Origin: Candidatus Brennerbacteria bacterium
GTDB lineage: Bacteria > Patescibacteriota > Minisyncoccia > UBA6257 > GWB1-50-10
Assembly: GCA_016183535.1 (NCBI GenBank)
Contig: JACPEK010000001.1
Location: 15,519-79,518, forward strand
Direction of reading: 5' to 3'
DNA length: 64,000 nt
The translations under genes and the position numbers were made by a program. The notes under the pieces are model-generated. The model saw only the letters and a program-made list of their open reading frames with translations, did not search any database and was not told the origin of the DNA. Below, piece after piece: positions 29,275-40,210 of the stretch (position 1 is its first letter; every line of letters begins with the position of its first letter).

Positions 29275-29670
29275 TCATGGTTTCTTTTCTAATTCCAGAC
29301 ACGTCGAGTTGATGCAGTAACGTTTTTCTCCTTTTCCGCCGGCGGGCGGACTCGGCCCATCGTCGAAGACGTGGCCAAGGTGAGAACCGCAGTTTCCGCA
29401 TCGCACCTCGACTCGGTTCATCCCGTAATTTCGATCTTCCCTCAATTCCACATTTGCGCGATTCACGGGTTCTGTGAAACTGGGCCATCCCGTGCCAGAA
29501 TCAAACTTTACACTCGATGAAAAAAGCTCCGCGCCGCACGCGCGGCACCGATAGGTACCCTCCGCGTGTTCGTTCACATATTTGCCGGTGAACGGCGCCT
29601 CGGTTCCCTGTTGGCGCAGGATGCGGTACTCCTCGGGCGTGAGCTTCTCCTTGAAATCCTCCTCGGTCAT
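29275..29670 (-). CDS. msrB: Peptide-methionine (R)-S-oxide reductase
   Basis: GTE.PFTG, KFDSGTGWPSF, HLGHVF.DGP, RYCINS. Confidence 0.96.
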   Translation of the reverse strand: MTEEDFKEKLTPEEYRILRQQGTEAPFTGKYVNEHAEGTYRCRACGAELFSSSVKFDSGTGWPSFTEPVNRANVELREDRNYGMNRVEVRCGNCGSHLGHVFDDGPSPPAGGKGEKRYCINSTCLELEKKP

Positions 29671-29798
29671 TGCTATCATCATAACAATGGCAAACAAGAA
29701 ACGAAAGCGGGCGGGAAAAAAACACGCGAAGCGGGCGGGAAAAAAAATTTCTCTGCGTTATCGGTAAGCATTAAAAATGCCGCTTGAGGGCGGCTTTT

Positions 29799-30176
29799 TC
29801 ATTCCCGATTGCGTTCGGCTCGCGCCACTTCGTCCTCGTCCATACCGAAATGGTGGGCGATTTCGTGCCGGACGGTATCCGCAACCACGCGCGCCACATC
29901 TTCATCGTTTTCCGCTTCTTCAAGCGTCGGCAGTTTGAAAATAGTGATACGGTCCGGAAAATCGCGGTGAGTGTGGCCGCCCTCAAGATTCGATATACCC
30001 TCGTACAGGCCAAGGAGCGAGTCTCCGCTTTCGGGGTGAATGCGAACACTCTCAAGTTGTTCATCGCCCGGCTCATCCGCGATGAGCACCGCCACATTCT
30101 TGAGTTTCTCCTGAAATCGTTCCGGTACCATCTCAATGCCGCGAATGACAAACTCCTCGAACCGCTCGTCAGTCAT
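29799..30176 (-). CDS. Minimal zincin metallopeptidase (DUF1025-like)
   Basis: LLGLYEG, PDRITIF, HEIAHHFG. Confidence 0.88.
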   Translation of the reverse strand: MTDERFEEFVIRGIEMVPERFQEKLKNVAVLIADEPGDEQLESVRIHPESGDSLLGLYEGISNLEGGHTHRDFPDRITIFKLPTLEEAENDEDVARVVADTVRHEIAHHFGMDEDEVARAERNRE

Positions 30177-30227
30177 GCGGTTCAGTTTATCATGGCGCGC
30201 GCCGTTTGAAATCAACCACGACGAGGT

Positions 30228-30374
30228 TTAAGGAAGATGACTTAATGCGTACGCAAAAAATGCAAACCCCGCCATGAGAAGCGTGGAGGTCAAGCCGATC
30301 ACGCTCCAGGCAAAGGTGATGCTCCCCCGGGTATTCATGGTTTCTTTTTTGTCTTGAAAAATCTCCCGTTCCAT
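30228..30374 (-). CDS. 48-aa single-TM small protein
   Basis: MEREIFQDKKETMNTRGSITFAWSVIGLTSTLLMAGFAFFAYALSHLP; below ORF-track cutoff. Confidence 0.4.
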   Translation of the reverse strand: MEREIFQDKKETMNTRGSITFAWSVIGLTSTLLMAGFAFFAYALSHLP

Positions 30375-30455
30375 ATTTCTTGCCGTTCACTAAGGAGAAC
30401 GAACCAGAACGAAAAACGTAACAAGTAAAAAACCCCGATTTGTGAATCGGGGTTT

Positions 30456-30821
30456 TCAAACCTCCTCGACGGGGGTGTTGGTGTACGAGAACCAAGAACA
30501 AAACCCCACCCGTTCAGGTATAAGCTTCCTTACAAGGTTTCCGAACCTTGTTTGGAGCTCGTGGAGCGTTTTCGAGCCGGCTACCTCCTCGACGCTTGCG
30601 CCGAAAACAACGAGCATCTCGATATCGTAGGAACGTGCATTGTCGGCGCCGGGAGAATCTTTCGTTTCGATTCTGACATCGTCGGCGCAAAAGCGGAACG
30701 CATTCGAGCCGTCGCCGTTGCCGGAAAAGCACTCGACGGCGATGTTGGGAACCCGCTTCGCGAGAATTCCCACCAGGACATCGGGGCACCGTTCCGGATC
30801 CCTTTCTATAAGAATCTTCAT
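30456..30821 (-). CDS. Hypothetical protein
   Basis: AAGGAG RBS before ATG 30821; terminator hairpin just after the stop. Confidence 0.6.
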   Translation of the reverse strand: MKILIERDPERCPDVLVGILAKRVPNIAVECFSGNGDGSNAFRFCADDVRIETKDSPGADNARSYDIEMLVVFGASVEEVAGSKTLHELQTRFGNLVRKLIPERVGFCSWFSYTNTPVEEV

Positions 30822-30882
30822 TTTTTTCTCCTTATTGTTAACGCAACTCTGACAAGAGCGTCGCATATTTACCTAGGATATG

Positions 30883-31899
30883 TCAATTTCGAGGAAGAAG
30901 CGCCGCGCCAAGGACGCCATTCACCGCTTCAATAAATCTCATGGGGTCCACGCTGGCGTTCCGGATGCGTACGGAAAAATGGAGATGGGGCGCGATCGAG
31001 TATCCCGTATTTCCCGACTTCGCGATCATCTGCCCGCGCGCGACTCCATCCCCCGCTTTCACATCGAGTGCGCTCAAGTGAAGGTAGAAAGAGAAGATAC
31101 CGAGTCCGTGGTCGACCACGATGGTGTTCCCATAGTTTACGAACATTTCAGCGAGATTCACCACGCCGTCGTTTATGGCGTAGACCGGCGTGCCCTCTGC
31201 GGCATCGAGATCGACGCCTAAATGTTGTAGCTCCACGTCGCCATTCTTTCGGATATTTCCATACGCGCCGACCACCGCCATGCGGTCCAACGGATTCACA
31301 AACGGTTTTGAAAAGCGGGCGGTGGACGTATAGATGAGCGCGCTGTTTAAGCGAATATTCTCCGCCGCGATGTTGGTTTGGATCGAAAGCGGTGCGTACC
31401 CATGCGCTTCAAGTTCTGGCGTTACCACGAGTACCGTTACCGGAAACGCGCGCTTCGTAACGGTAATCTGGCGCGCGAGAGTGCTCGTACCGAACGCGAC
31501 GGTAAAAGGGTATGTGCCCGAAACCTGCTTCGCGTCCGCGCCGAGAAACGCCACCATTCGGTTTCCTTTTGTAAGGAAATTGTAACTGCGATCATACCAC
31601 TCCAGGATTGGCGTGACTCCTTCAGGAGTATTTTCGAGGGAAACAATGAAAACGTCCGACTGCTCGACACGATTTGATAACAAGAAGGAAAGCGTAGGAA
31701 GCGCAACTTCGGTATTTTGGGGAACAATTTCGAAAGGGGCGGCCGAGGGAACGGGGGACGGCGGCACCTCGTAGGTAAGAATTCTCGCCCATTGGTTTCG
31801 TTCAAGAAGAGCGCGCACCGCCGCACCCGCCGTAAGAAAAAGTACAACACCGAGAAACACCCGCACCACTATCCAGTCAAAACGAAGACATTTCTTCAT
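30883..31899 (-). CDS. M23-family metallopeptidase
   Basis: HLGVD, GTPV.A, GN..VVDHG, YLHL, GNTG.S..PHLH; N-terminal TM helix. Confidence 0.92.
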   Translation of the reverse strand: MKKCLRFDWIVVRVFLGVVLFLTAGAAVRALLERNQWARILTYEVPPSPVPSAAPFEIVPQNTEVALPTLSFLLSNRVEQSDVFIVSLENTPEGVTPILEWYDRSYNFLTKGNRMVAFLGADAKQVSGTYPFTVAFGTSTLARQITVTKRAFPVTVLVVTPELEAHGYAPLSIQTNIAAENIRLNSALIYTSTARFSKPFVNPLDRMAVVGAYGNIRKNGDVELQHLGVDLDAAEGTPVYAINDGVVNLAEMFVNYGNTIVVDHGLGIFSFYLHLSALDVKAGDGVARGQMIAKSGNTGYSIAPHLHFSVRIRNASVDPMRFIEAVNGVLGAALLPRN

Positions 31900-31901
31900 T
31901 A

Positions 31902-34384
31902 CTACCGGAAATTCCGCGCAGTGAGCGAACGGAGAAAGTCGTGTACTTTCATGTTTTCCTCTTTGTGGGTGGGATTGAGCGCGCGGATCCATCGAACAAA
32001 CGCGCCCCACCGTTTTTCATCAAGCACCTCCGTTTTCTGCATGTTAAAAAGCGCTTTCACGGTGACCCCCTTCTCTGCGATCGCTTTTTCATAGGAAGTC
32101 CAATTCACCCCCACATCCTCGACCTGCTCTCTGAAGTTTTCTTGAGCGTCCGCGAACATATCGCGCATATCCTCAATAAGCCCTTTTGTCATGAGGAGGT
32201 ATTCACTCTGACTCGAGGTAAGATTGAGGATTTTAGAGTGACTCCCGAGATGTGCGAGCTCCTCTTCGAGGTGGGCAAGCTCTTTAATAATCTCCTCCTG
32301 TCCGTCGAGCGAGAATTCTTCGAATGATTCTCTCACTTCTTCGAGGGCTACGGTTTTCTCGGGAAGTGTTTCAAGGAGATCGGTGTATACCGCGCGTGCG
32401 GCGAGCCATTCAGGAATTTTCATATCTCGCAACTCCTCGACCGGAATTCGTTCAAGCGGAAGCGTAGGAATTTTTTTCTCCTGTATCGCCTCAAAGGCAT
32501 TCCTTGCGGAAATTTCTTTCTCTACGCCCGGAGCTTGCGGTTTTTTCCATTCGTACTCGTAAGGATTTTTCACACTCTCGCCGGCGGTGGATTTCCCTTC
32601 AATATATTCCACTACGTTGAATTTTCCGGACGCGTCCATTTTTAAAACGTATGCTGGATTCCCTTTAAGCCCTCGGTCAAACACGCGTATCTCCGAACCG
32701 TCTGGTTTGAGATAGTGGTTTTCGATCGCAACAGCTTTTGCTTTCAAAACAGCTCACGCGTCCAGATCCACTCCACTTTCCGGTGAATAACCGAATGTTC
32801 TAGGATCCGCTTTGAGCTGGCGGAGAATGGCGTGGGTAACACCTTCGCCTTTCCTTACCGTCGCAAGCTCGATTAGATTCCCTTCGAGTTCCACAGAGGC
32901 CGGACGCGGTATTTCCTGTTCTATTTCCGATTCAAGGAGAGGGTTTTCCTTTCCAATCTCGGCGTGTTCTTTAAGATTTATATGGATCTGTTCTTGGAGA
33001 TCGGGCGCCGCACCCGTCGGATATTCCTGTCTCGTCGCACTATCAACCTCAATGCTGTCTATGGAATCCTGTTCCAAAACGGGTGGTTTTGCTATAGCGA
33101 TCTTCTCGGGTAGGTCGTCAAGGACGTCTTTTTTGTCCTGTCCGTCGAGAAACTCTACGATTTTTCCTCCAAGCACGCGGTCGAGAGAAAGAAATAGCGT
33201 TTCAGCGGTGGCCACGCCGACAGCCGCTTTGCCGGCGATTTCGGCATACCGCACACATCCACAGTACCGAATTGTCCGACCACGCGATCGTAGTCGCGAA
33301 GACGCCGTTCAAATCGATGGAATAATCGTTCGCGTTTTATTTTCTTCTCCTCGGGGGAAAGTTTCTTATTTTCTTCAATTCCCTCGATTTTCGAACCGAG
33401 GAGTCCTACCGAGATTTCGATATGAGTCCTCAAAATTCCTTGCACTACCCTATTTACCAAACTTGGTTGTTCCGGAGTTTTGCAGTACAGGCGCTCCAGA
33501 AGATCGTGCGGCAGGTATTCGCGATACGCCTTATCGAGATCTCGCGCAGAAACCTTTCTCGCTCCCGCCCGCACTTTTGCGGCCTCGTATATTTTGAAGC
33601 CTTCTCCGGCCGCCTTGTCCGCATCTTCGATGCGCGTCTTTTCGACAACCTTTTCATTCTCAAAACGCACTTCCTTCATGGCTTCCGCACCGCGGGCGAA
33701 CGCCATGCCGGCCATCATGACATAGCGGAGCGGCGCCGCGACGGTCCATCCCGCGACATCAGCGATGGTGCGCCCGTACTTCATAAGATTGCCGAAGAGA
33801 TACCCCGCGTTCGCGAGGGTTTCGCGATTCTTTGTTTTCTCAACCGTTTCTATACGCTCCCGCGCTTTTTCGGCATCTTTCTCGAACTGGTTTTCTAATT
33901 TCTCTACGAACTTTGTTATGACCCCGCCTCTTTTGTCCTTGTCGACGGCCGCAAGCTTATTAAAGACTCCAGCAAAGAAAAGATTCTTTTTTTCTTCCGC
34001 ATAGAATCCGAGGTTGCGAAGCGCCACACCAATTTTCTCACGTTCCGTCTCCGGCATCTTTTCAAGATCCGGACGCAACGCCGCGGCTTCCTTTTCGAGG
34101 TGTGCTTCGCTTTCAGGGTACGCCTTGCCTTTTTCGTTAAGACGATGGGTATATGTTTCCGGTCTCTCCGAGCGCTCCGCCGTCAGCTCGGTTCTCTCTT
34201 TATTTTCACTCACTAGCTTCTCTACCGACGCTTCCGGCACCACTGCGGTTTCGGCGGTTCTTTCCGCGGCGCGTGAAAACGCTTCAACCGCAATGTCCTC
34301 CACGCCACTCACTCCGAAGTAAACTTTTTCTTTCTTGTTTTCTTCGGGTGACGGGGCCATTTCTCCAAAACCAAGTCCTGCCAT
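31902..34384 (-). pseudogene. Large (~830 aa) charged hypothetical protein broken by a frameshift (~33250) and an in-frame TGA (32754-32756)
   Basis: Three consecutive E/K-rich ORFs; the last two are in the same frame separated by one TGA; the first two overlap in different frames. Confidence 0.65.
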
Positions 34385-34430
34385 ATGAAAAATAATACTA
34401 TAAAAAATTGCGGGTTGTATAGAACATATC

Positions 34431-35138
34431 TCAAAGGCCTAATTTGTTGAGAAAACGCAGTTGCTCCGTCGGCACAAGCTCCCTTCCTTCCCCCGGCTTC
34501 AGATTCCCGAGCCGAATATCCATAATGCGGGTGCGGCAGAGCTCCAGCACGCGGTAATCGAACGCGGCGCACATACGCCGTATCTCATGACGCCTTCCCT
34601 CGGTCAGTACGATGGAAAAACTCCGCTCTCCCATCCGCTTTGTCCGCGCGGGCTTGGTCTTGAGGCCGTCTTCCAATGTGATGCCTTCGGAAAGCTTGTT
34701 GAGAAATCCGGGCCTTACCACCTTGTCCACCCTTACGTAATACTCCTTCTCATGACCCTCATCAGCGTCCAAAAGACGCCCCGTCACCCTCCCATCATTC
34801 GTGAGAATAATGAGTCCGTGCGAATCCTTGTCTAAACGTCCCATAGGAGAAAGCGACGCCCTAAAATGGAATACGTCTGCGATCGCTTGTTCATTCTCCC
34901 GAGGGCTGTGGGTTACGATGCCGATCGGCTTATGATAGGCGACATAATATTTTTCTTTCGCGGCGCCGCGCACTTCCACTTTGTCGGCAGGACCCACGCG
35001 GTCGCCAAGTTTTGCGCGTCTTCCATTTATGAATACAAGGCCAGCGGCGATCGCCGCGTCGGCCTCGCGCCGGCTCGCAATGCCCGCGCGCGCGAGGTGA
35101 GCATTGATGCGTTCTCCTCGTCGTTTTATCTTTTCCAT
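34431..35138 (-). CDS. RsuA/RluF-family pseudouridine synthase
   Basis: SRREAD S4 domain, HKP.G, GRLDKDS.GL, LTEGRRHEIRRM. Confidence 0.93.
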   Translation of the reverse strand: MEKIKRRGERINAHLARAGIASRREADAAIAAGLVFINGRRAKLGDRVGPADKVEVRGAAKEKYYVAYHKPIGIVTHSPRENEQAIADVFHFRASLSPMGRLDKDSHGLIILTNDGRVTGRLLDADEGHEKEYYVRVDKVVRPGFLNKLSEGITLEDGLKTKPARTKRMGERSFSIVLTEGRRHEIRRMCAAFDYRVLELCRTRIMDIRLGNLKPGEGRELVPTEQLRFLNKLGL

Positions 35139-35737
35139 TGCGTAATTTTTCCCGCGCGGCGTTCGATGATATCCGCCGGCCGCAGTTTCGTCCCTGCCGG
35201 AACAATCTGAAAATGAGGGGCGCGGTCGAGTTTGTCTATGAGATCCCAAAGATCTTTTTTTGATGTAAGCCAATCCCGTTTATACAGGAGGAGATCAAAC
35301 GGCGCAGAATGACTTTTGAGCGTTTTGCGTCCGTTGTCGAGAAAGTATTCATGGAAATATGACATCGTGAGCTCGCGCGGCGAAACATACACAGGCTCGC
35401 GATAGCGGAGCACGGCATGATTGGTTTTGCTCACCGCGCCCCAGCGGCCGCCGCGTTTGAAGAGTGCCACCACATGGCTCTCATCGCCGCGCCCCGTTTT
35501 TAAATCCAAGAGGAACGGGCGTTCTCCGTGATACCAGAACGCGGCGGCGGCGAGGAGCGCACCTTCTATGCAGTGGGCCGTCCCGACGCGAAGGGTCGTA
35601 AGCGGCGAGCGGCACGTGCTTCCCTTTCGTTCAAAGTTGATCGGGAATGTTTCAACAAAGTCCTGCACACGCGCCGGCGTGTTGAGTTTTTTAAAAACCG
35701 AAAACGCTCCGAGGTATTGGGCCGGAAAACGCTTCAT
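35126..35737 (-). CDS. Conserved hypothetical protein (transglutaminase-like Cys-His)
   Basis: AHCIEGALLAAA, SHVVALF, WGAVSKTNH..LRYREPVY..RELTMSYFHEYF. Confidence 0.75.
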   Translation of the reverse strand: MKRFPAQYLGAFSVFKKLNTPARVQDFVETFPINFERKGSTCRSPLTTLRVGTAHCIEGALLAAAAFWYHGERPFLLDLKTGRGDESHVVALFKRGGRWGAVSKTNHAVLRYREPVYVSPRELTMSYFHEYFLDNGRKTLKSHSAPFDLLLYKRDWLTSKKDLWDLIDKLDRAPHFQIVPAGTKLRPADIIERRAGKITQWKR

Positions 35738-35764
35738 GCCGGCCATTATAACCCGCTTTTGCCG

Positions 35765-36988
35765 TTATTCGTACCGGAGCGCTTCGATAGGATTCAGACC
35801 GGCGGCGCGGCGGGCGGGATAGTAGCCGAAAACGATGCCGATCGCGGCCGCCACGCCGAACGCGAGGAGTACGGAGATGAGCGACACCTCCGTCTGAATG
35901 AGGTCAAAGAACGAAAAGGCGTACGCGGCGAGCCATCCGAGCGCAATGCCGATGACGCCGCCCGCGCACGTGAGCGCCACCGACTCGATGAGGAATTGCG
36001 CGCTGATGTCGCGATTCCGCGCTCCGATGGCCTTGCGGAGCCCGATCTCCCGCGTGCGTTCCGTCACCGTCGTGAGCATCATGTTCATGATGCCGATGCC
36101 GCCGACAAGAAGCGAGATGCCGGCGATCGCGCCGAGGAGCATGGTCAGGGTGTCGGTGATGGAGCTTGCGCTCGCAATGAGATCGGACTGGCTCAAGACG
36201 CGAAAATCCGCCTCGTCGGGATCCACGATGCGGTGGCGCGCGAGGAGCAAGTCTGTGATATCCGCCTGCACCGCAGTCATCGCCTCGGCGCGCTCGGCCT
36301 GCACGGAGAGGGTTGAAAGATAATCGTCGCCCGCGAGAAATTTCTGCGCGGACGAGAGCGGCACGAATACCATGTCGTCCTGGCTCCCGAATCCGCCGCC
36401 GCCCTTCGCCTCCATCACGCCCACGACGGTGAATTGCATGCCGTTCACCCGCACGGTGTTCCCCACCGCCGACGCGCCCTCGCCAAAGAGATCGTCGCGC
36501 GCCGAGGCGCCGAGCGCCACGACCTTCGCAACGCCCCGCAGATGAGTCTCGGTGATAAAAGAGCCCTCCGCGACCGTCATGTTGCGTACCAAAGGGTAGT
36601 CCGGCACCGTGCCGACCACCTGCGTATTCACGTTCGTGCCCCGTGCCACGATTTGATAGCGCCCCGAGAGCTCGGGCGCGACGGCCGCAACTCCCGCAAC
36701 CCCGTCCGCGATGGCGTCCGCGTCCTCCGACGTAAGGCTTCGCGCGGAACCGACGCTTTGACGCACTTGATTGCCGGGGGCGCTCTGCATGCCCGGAAAC
36801 ACCGTGAGGAGATTTGAGCCGATGGACTGGATGTTCGACTCAATGGCGTGCTGGGCGCCCTGCCCCACCGACACGAGCGCGATGACCGAGCTAATGCCGA
36901 TAACGATGCCGAGCACTGTGAGACCCGTGCGCACGCGGTTCGCGGTGAGCGCCTCGTACGTTTCCTGGATGGTGTCGGAGAATAGCAT
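35765..36988 (-). CDS. MacB-like ABC transporter permease
   Basis: LTVLGIVIGI, SLLVGGIGIMNMM, ERTREIGLRKAIGA, GYYPARRAA.LNPIEALRYE. Confidence 0.95.
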   Translation of the reverse strand: MLFSDTIQETYEALTANRVRTGLTVLGIVIGISSVIALVSVGQGAQHAIESNIQSIGSNLLTVFPGMQSAPGNQVRQSVGSARSLTSEDADAIADGVAGVAAVAPELSGRYQIVARGTNVNTQVVGTVPDYPLVRNMTVAEGSFITETHLRGVAKVVALGASARDDLFGEGASAVGNTVRVNGMQFTVVGVMEAKGGGGFGSQDDMVFVPLSSAQKFLAGDDYLSTLSVQAERAEAMTAVQADITDLLLARHRIVDPDEADFRVLSQSDLIASASSITDTLTMLLGAIAGISLLVGGIGIMNMMLTTVTERTREIGLRKAIGARNRDISAQFLIESVALTCAGGVIGIALGWLAAYAFSFFDLIQTEVSLISVLLAFGVAAAIGIVFGYYPARRAAGLNPIEALRYE

Positions 36989-37022
36989 AGCGCGACGTAA
37001 ATAGTATTGATTGGATGCAAAC

Positions 37023-37736
37023 CTATGAATGATGCGAATGAAGTGATTTTCGCGCGTGATTACGCCCGTCCTCGACGATCCGCCCGTCGCGCACGTGGAT
37101 GATGCGCGCCGCGTGCGCGGCAACATCCGATTCGTGTGTGATGAGCACGATGGTTCGCTTCTCGTCCGCGTTCAAACGCTGGAAGGTTTCGAGCACGATC
37201 TCCCCCGTTGCGGTGTCGAGATTGCCGGTCGGCTCGTCCGCGAGAATGAGCGAGGGGTCGTTCACGAGGGCGCGGGCGATCGCGACCCGCTGGATCTGCC
37301 CGCCCGAGAGTTCGTTCGATCGGTGGTTGAAATGGCTCTCGGGGAGCCCCACGCTTAGAAGCGCCGCGCGCGCGGCACGCTCCCGTCGCTCACGCGGCAC
37401 GCCCGCATAGAGGAGCGGGAGTATCGCGTTTCGCAGGACGGTGGCGCGCGGGAGCAGATTGAACGACTGGAACACAAATCCTATCTTTTCCTTTCGGATA
37501 TCGGCGAGCTCCTCGTCAGAGAGCTTCGACACGTCTTTCCCGTCAAGAAAATAGGAACCGGCGGTCGGCGCGTCGAGACACCCAAGAATATGCATGAGTG
37601 TGGACTTGCCGGATCCCGAAGGGCCCATAATCGCAACAAACTCCCCGTCCTCAATCGTAAAATCCACGCCACGGAGCGCGTGGGTGATGTTCTCTCCCGC
37701 TCCGTATATTTTCGCAACATCCCGTACTTCGATCAT
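37023..37736 (-). CDS. ABC transporter ATP-binding protein (MacB/LolD type)
   Basis: GPSGSGKST, GFVFQSFNL, LSGGQ.QRVAIARAL, ADEPTGNLD. Confidence 0.96.
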   Translation of the reverse strand: MIEVRDVAKIYGAGENITHALRGVDFTIEDGEFVAIMGPSGSGKSTLMHILGCLDAPTAGSYFLDGKDVSKLSDEELADIRKEKIGFVFQSFNLLPRATVLRNAILPLLYAGVPRERRERAARAALLSVGLPESHFNHRSNELSGGQIQRVAIARALVNDPSLILADEPTGNLDTATGEIVLETFQRLNADEKRTIVLITHESDVAAHAARIIHVRDGRIVEDGRNHARKSLHSHHS

Positions 37737-37748
37737 GCGATGTTTGGG

Positions 37749-39617
37749 TCAGCGCATGACGCGGACGGTGCCGACAGGGCCGCCACCGAAGAATGAGGGC
37801 GCGGCGGCGGTTTTGGCCGTTGCGGAGGTTCCATTCGTCACGGTACGCACCACTACTATTGCCCCCTCTTCGAGGCCACTTATGATTTCCGTCATGGTGT
37901 CGTTCGCGAGGCCGATTACGACCGGCATGCGCCGCGCTTCGCCGGCTTCGGCGGCGCTAAGGGAAGCACCGGAAGATATCACGGTGCGGGGCGTGCCCGA
38001 CGAGACGCCCTCCCGTCCGGCGGGAAAACCGTCTCCGGATTCGCTCGTTTCTCTTCGCATGCGCGCGGTAGTGGTTACGGCGGCGGCCGCGCGAGGAATG
38101 TTCACGCTCCCGATTACCTCGACATAGGAGGCGCCATTCTGGGACTTTACCGCGCCGCCGGGGACAAGGAGCACATTTTCCTTCCGATTGGTGATGATAC
38201 TGACCGCCACGCTCATGCCGGGCTTGATGCGCGCATCATCCGCCGAAAACGCCAGCGTAATGCCGTATGAAACGACGCCTTGTGATACCTCACCCAAGGT
38301 GTCGACCTCGGTTACTTCTCCTTTCGTCTCAAGATCTGAAAGAGCGTCGAAGGTGAGCGTCGCGGCCTGGCCGGCCTCGACTTTGGCCGCATCCACCTCA
38401 TTCAGGGTGATCTCCGCGATGCGCTGGTTTGTGATGAGGGTTGCGACGGCCGTGCCCGCGGAAACCGCGTCGCCGCGCTCGACGTCCACCGCCGCGATGA
38501 CGCCCGCAAACGGCGCGTACACGTACCGCTCGGCGAGCGCTTGTTTGGCGTCTTCGAGATTCCGCGCCGCTTTTTCCACAAGAATTTTCTGATCCGCCAT
38601 GTCGAAATCGGCGGTGATGAGCGTTTCTTTGTTGTTTTGGATGGTGTCGCGAATGGAAAGCAAGTTTGAGAGATATGAATTGGTTTTCGAAGTGTAGCCG
38701 GCGAGCGACGCGAGGTGGGTATCCGTACCGCTTACCGGCTTCGTGTTGTAGAGCGAGAGCTGATCCTTGTAGAACACGATAAGGTTGTTCATATTCTTCA
38801 AGGCCTCGGCGACGAGCTTGGTTGTTTCATAGGTTTCTTCAATCAAGCTCTCAATGACGGTGACGTCGGAGAAACGCGAAACGGATTTGTAGCGGGTGAG
38901 GTTGAGATCATAGGCGGCGCGCGCCGCGCGATAGCTCCGGTCGGCGTCGTCGCGAAAACTGCGGGCCTGGGCGTTCCACGATTTCGCCGCGGTCTCGACG
39001 CCGTTCATATAATAGTCAAGGTTCGGCTGGTTTTGGGAGAAGAGGTTGCCATACTCCATATCCTGCAGACCCGTCATTACGCCGGGGAGATCGAGGAATG
39101 CGTTTGAGACCACGTTAAATCCGTCCTCGTACGCCTTCGCAAGATCATCGGACGCTTTTTCCTTCGCGCCGCGGATCGCGCCTTCCGAGGTGGAAAGGCC
39201 TTTCATTTTCTCGAGTTCGAGCTTCGCCTGGTCGAGCGCAATCTCGGCGTCGCGCACCGCGTTTGCGGCGTCGTAGGTGTCGAGCCGGGCCACGAGTGTC
39301 CCCGCCCGCACCGTTTGGCCGTTCTTCACGCCCACATAAACCACGTCGCCAGCCGACTTCGGCTTCAAGTCCACCTGATTTGACGCGGACACCTGCCCGC
39401 TCCCGGTAACTGTTACGGTAATGGTTCCGCGGGTTACCATGGCCGTCACGTAGCTCACCTCCCCTTCGTCGCTCGTGAGCGCCGCATAAACCCCATACCC
39501 TCCCCCGAGTACCGCGAGTAAAATAACGCCGCTCATCGCCTTGTGTGCCTTGACGAAAACGCCCGCGAACGTTATCGGCTTGCTCCGGGCAATAGTATTG
39601 AAAATATTTTTGAACAT
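37749..39617 (-). CDS. MacA-like periplasmic adaptor with long alpha-helical hairpin
   Basis: N-terminal TM helix, lipoyl halves, APFAG, IKPGMS, GL....TEIISGL.EG. Confidence 0.88.
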   Translation of the reverse strand: MFKNIFNTIARSKPITFAGVFVKAHKAMSGVILLAVLGGGYGVYAALTSDEGEVSYVTAMVTRGTITVTVTGSGQVSASNQVDLKPKSAGDVVYVGVKNGQTVRAGTLVARLDTYDAANAVRDAEIALDQAKLELEKMKGLSTSEGAIRGAKEKASDDLAKAYEDGFNVVSNAFLDLPGVMTGLQDMEYGNLFSQNQPNLDYYMNGVETAAKSWNAQARSFRDDADRSYRAARAAYDLNLTRYKSVSRFSDVTVIESLIEETYETTKLVAEALKNMNNLIVFYKDQLSLYNTKPVSGTDTHLASLAGYTSKTNSYLSNLLSIRDTIQNNKETLITADFDMADQKILVEKAARNLEDAKQALAERYVYAPFAGVIAAVDVERGDAVSAGTAVATLITNQRIAEITLNEVDAAKVEAGQAATLTFDALSDLETKGEVTEVDTLGEVSQGVVSYGITLAFSADDARIKPGMSVAVSIITNRKENVLLVPGGAVKSQNGASYVEVIGSVNIPRAAAAVTTTARMRRETSESGDGFPAGREGVSSGTPRTVISSGASLSAAEAGEARRMPVVIGLANDTMTEIISGLEEGAIVVVRTVTNGTSATAKTAAAPSFFGGGPVGTVRVMR

Positions 39618-39692
39618 GGATGGAGGGCGGAATCCCGCGCAACCGCACGGAACTCCGCCGTAACCATAAAAGGCTTCAAAGGTTGCTCGTAC

Positions 39693-40136
39693 TTAACGTG
39701 AAAATCCCCGCGGCATCATACCACCCATCTTTCCTTCGTGGTTCTGCATGAAGATAAGGTGCTGATCGGCCTGTGCTTGGGTAATAATGCCTTTGGCAAC
39801 AAGCGTTTGGAGATACGTCTTCGCCTGCGCAGTTCGCGCCTCCTTCATTTTCGCCGCAAGCGCATCCTTGGTGATACTGTTCGCTTCCGCAAGCTCCCAA
39901 AGGGATTTTCCTTCCGCCCAGCCTTTCTTCACCGTGTCCACGCTCACGCTGAGAAGCACGGCCTGTTCTTTGAACATTGTTTCATGGTGCGTCGCCATCT
40001 CGTCCATCGAAAGTTCGCCGCCGAACATCATGCTGCCGCCGAATCCCCCGAACCCGCGCGCCGACGCTTGGTTTACCCCGAAGAGCGCGAGGCCGAACAC
40101 CGGAACGAGTACATACGCAAGATATTTTTTCTTCAT
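39693..40136 (-). CDS. Secreted hypothetical protein
   Basis: Signal peptide; GKSL.ELA, LVAKGIITQAQAD. Confidence 0.75.
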   Translation of the reverse strand: MKKKYLAYVLVPVFGLALFGVNQASARGFGGFGGSMMFGGELSMDEMATHHETMFKEQAVLLSVSVDTVKKGWAEGKSLWELAEANSITKDALAAKMKEARTAQAKTYLQTLVAKGIITQAQADQHLIFMQNHEGKMGGMMPRGFSR

Positions 40137-40210
40137 AAATATAACCGTAGATTTTACTAGACTTTCGACCTTTCCTCCTTACTACCGCATAGGGAGGAAA
40201 AATATTTCAG

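Noticed and set aside
29705-29746. 18-bp tandem repeat aagcgggcgggaaaaaaa upstream of msrB
   Set aside because: Only two copies with a 6-bp gap; too little for an array, at most an operator
32754-32756. In-frame TGA suggesting genetic code 25 (UGA=Gly)
   Set aside because: TGA ends conserved genes at the expected positions (ppsA, obgE, def), and an SPF-type RF2 is present
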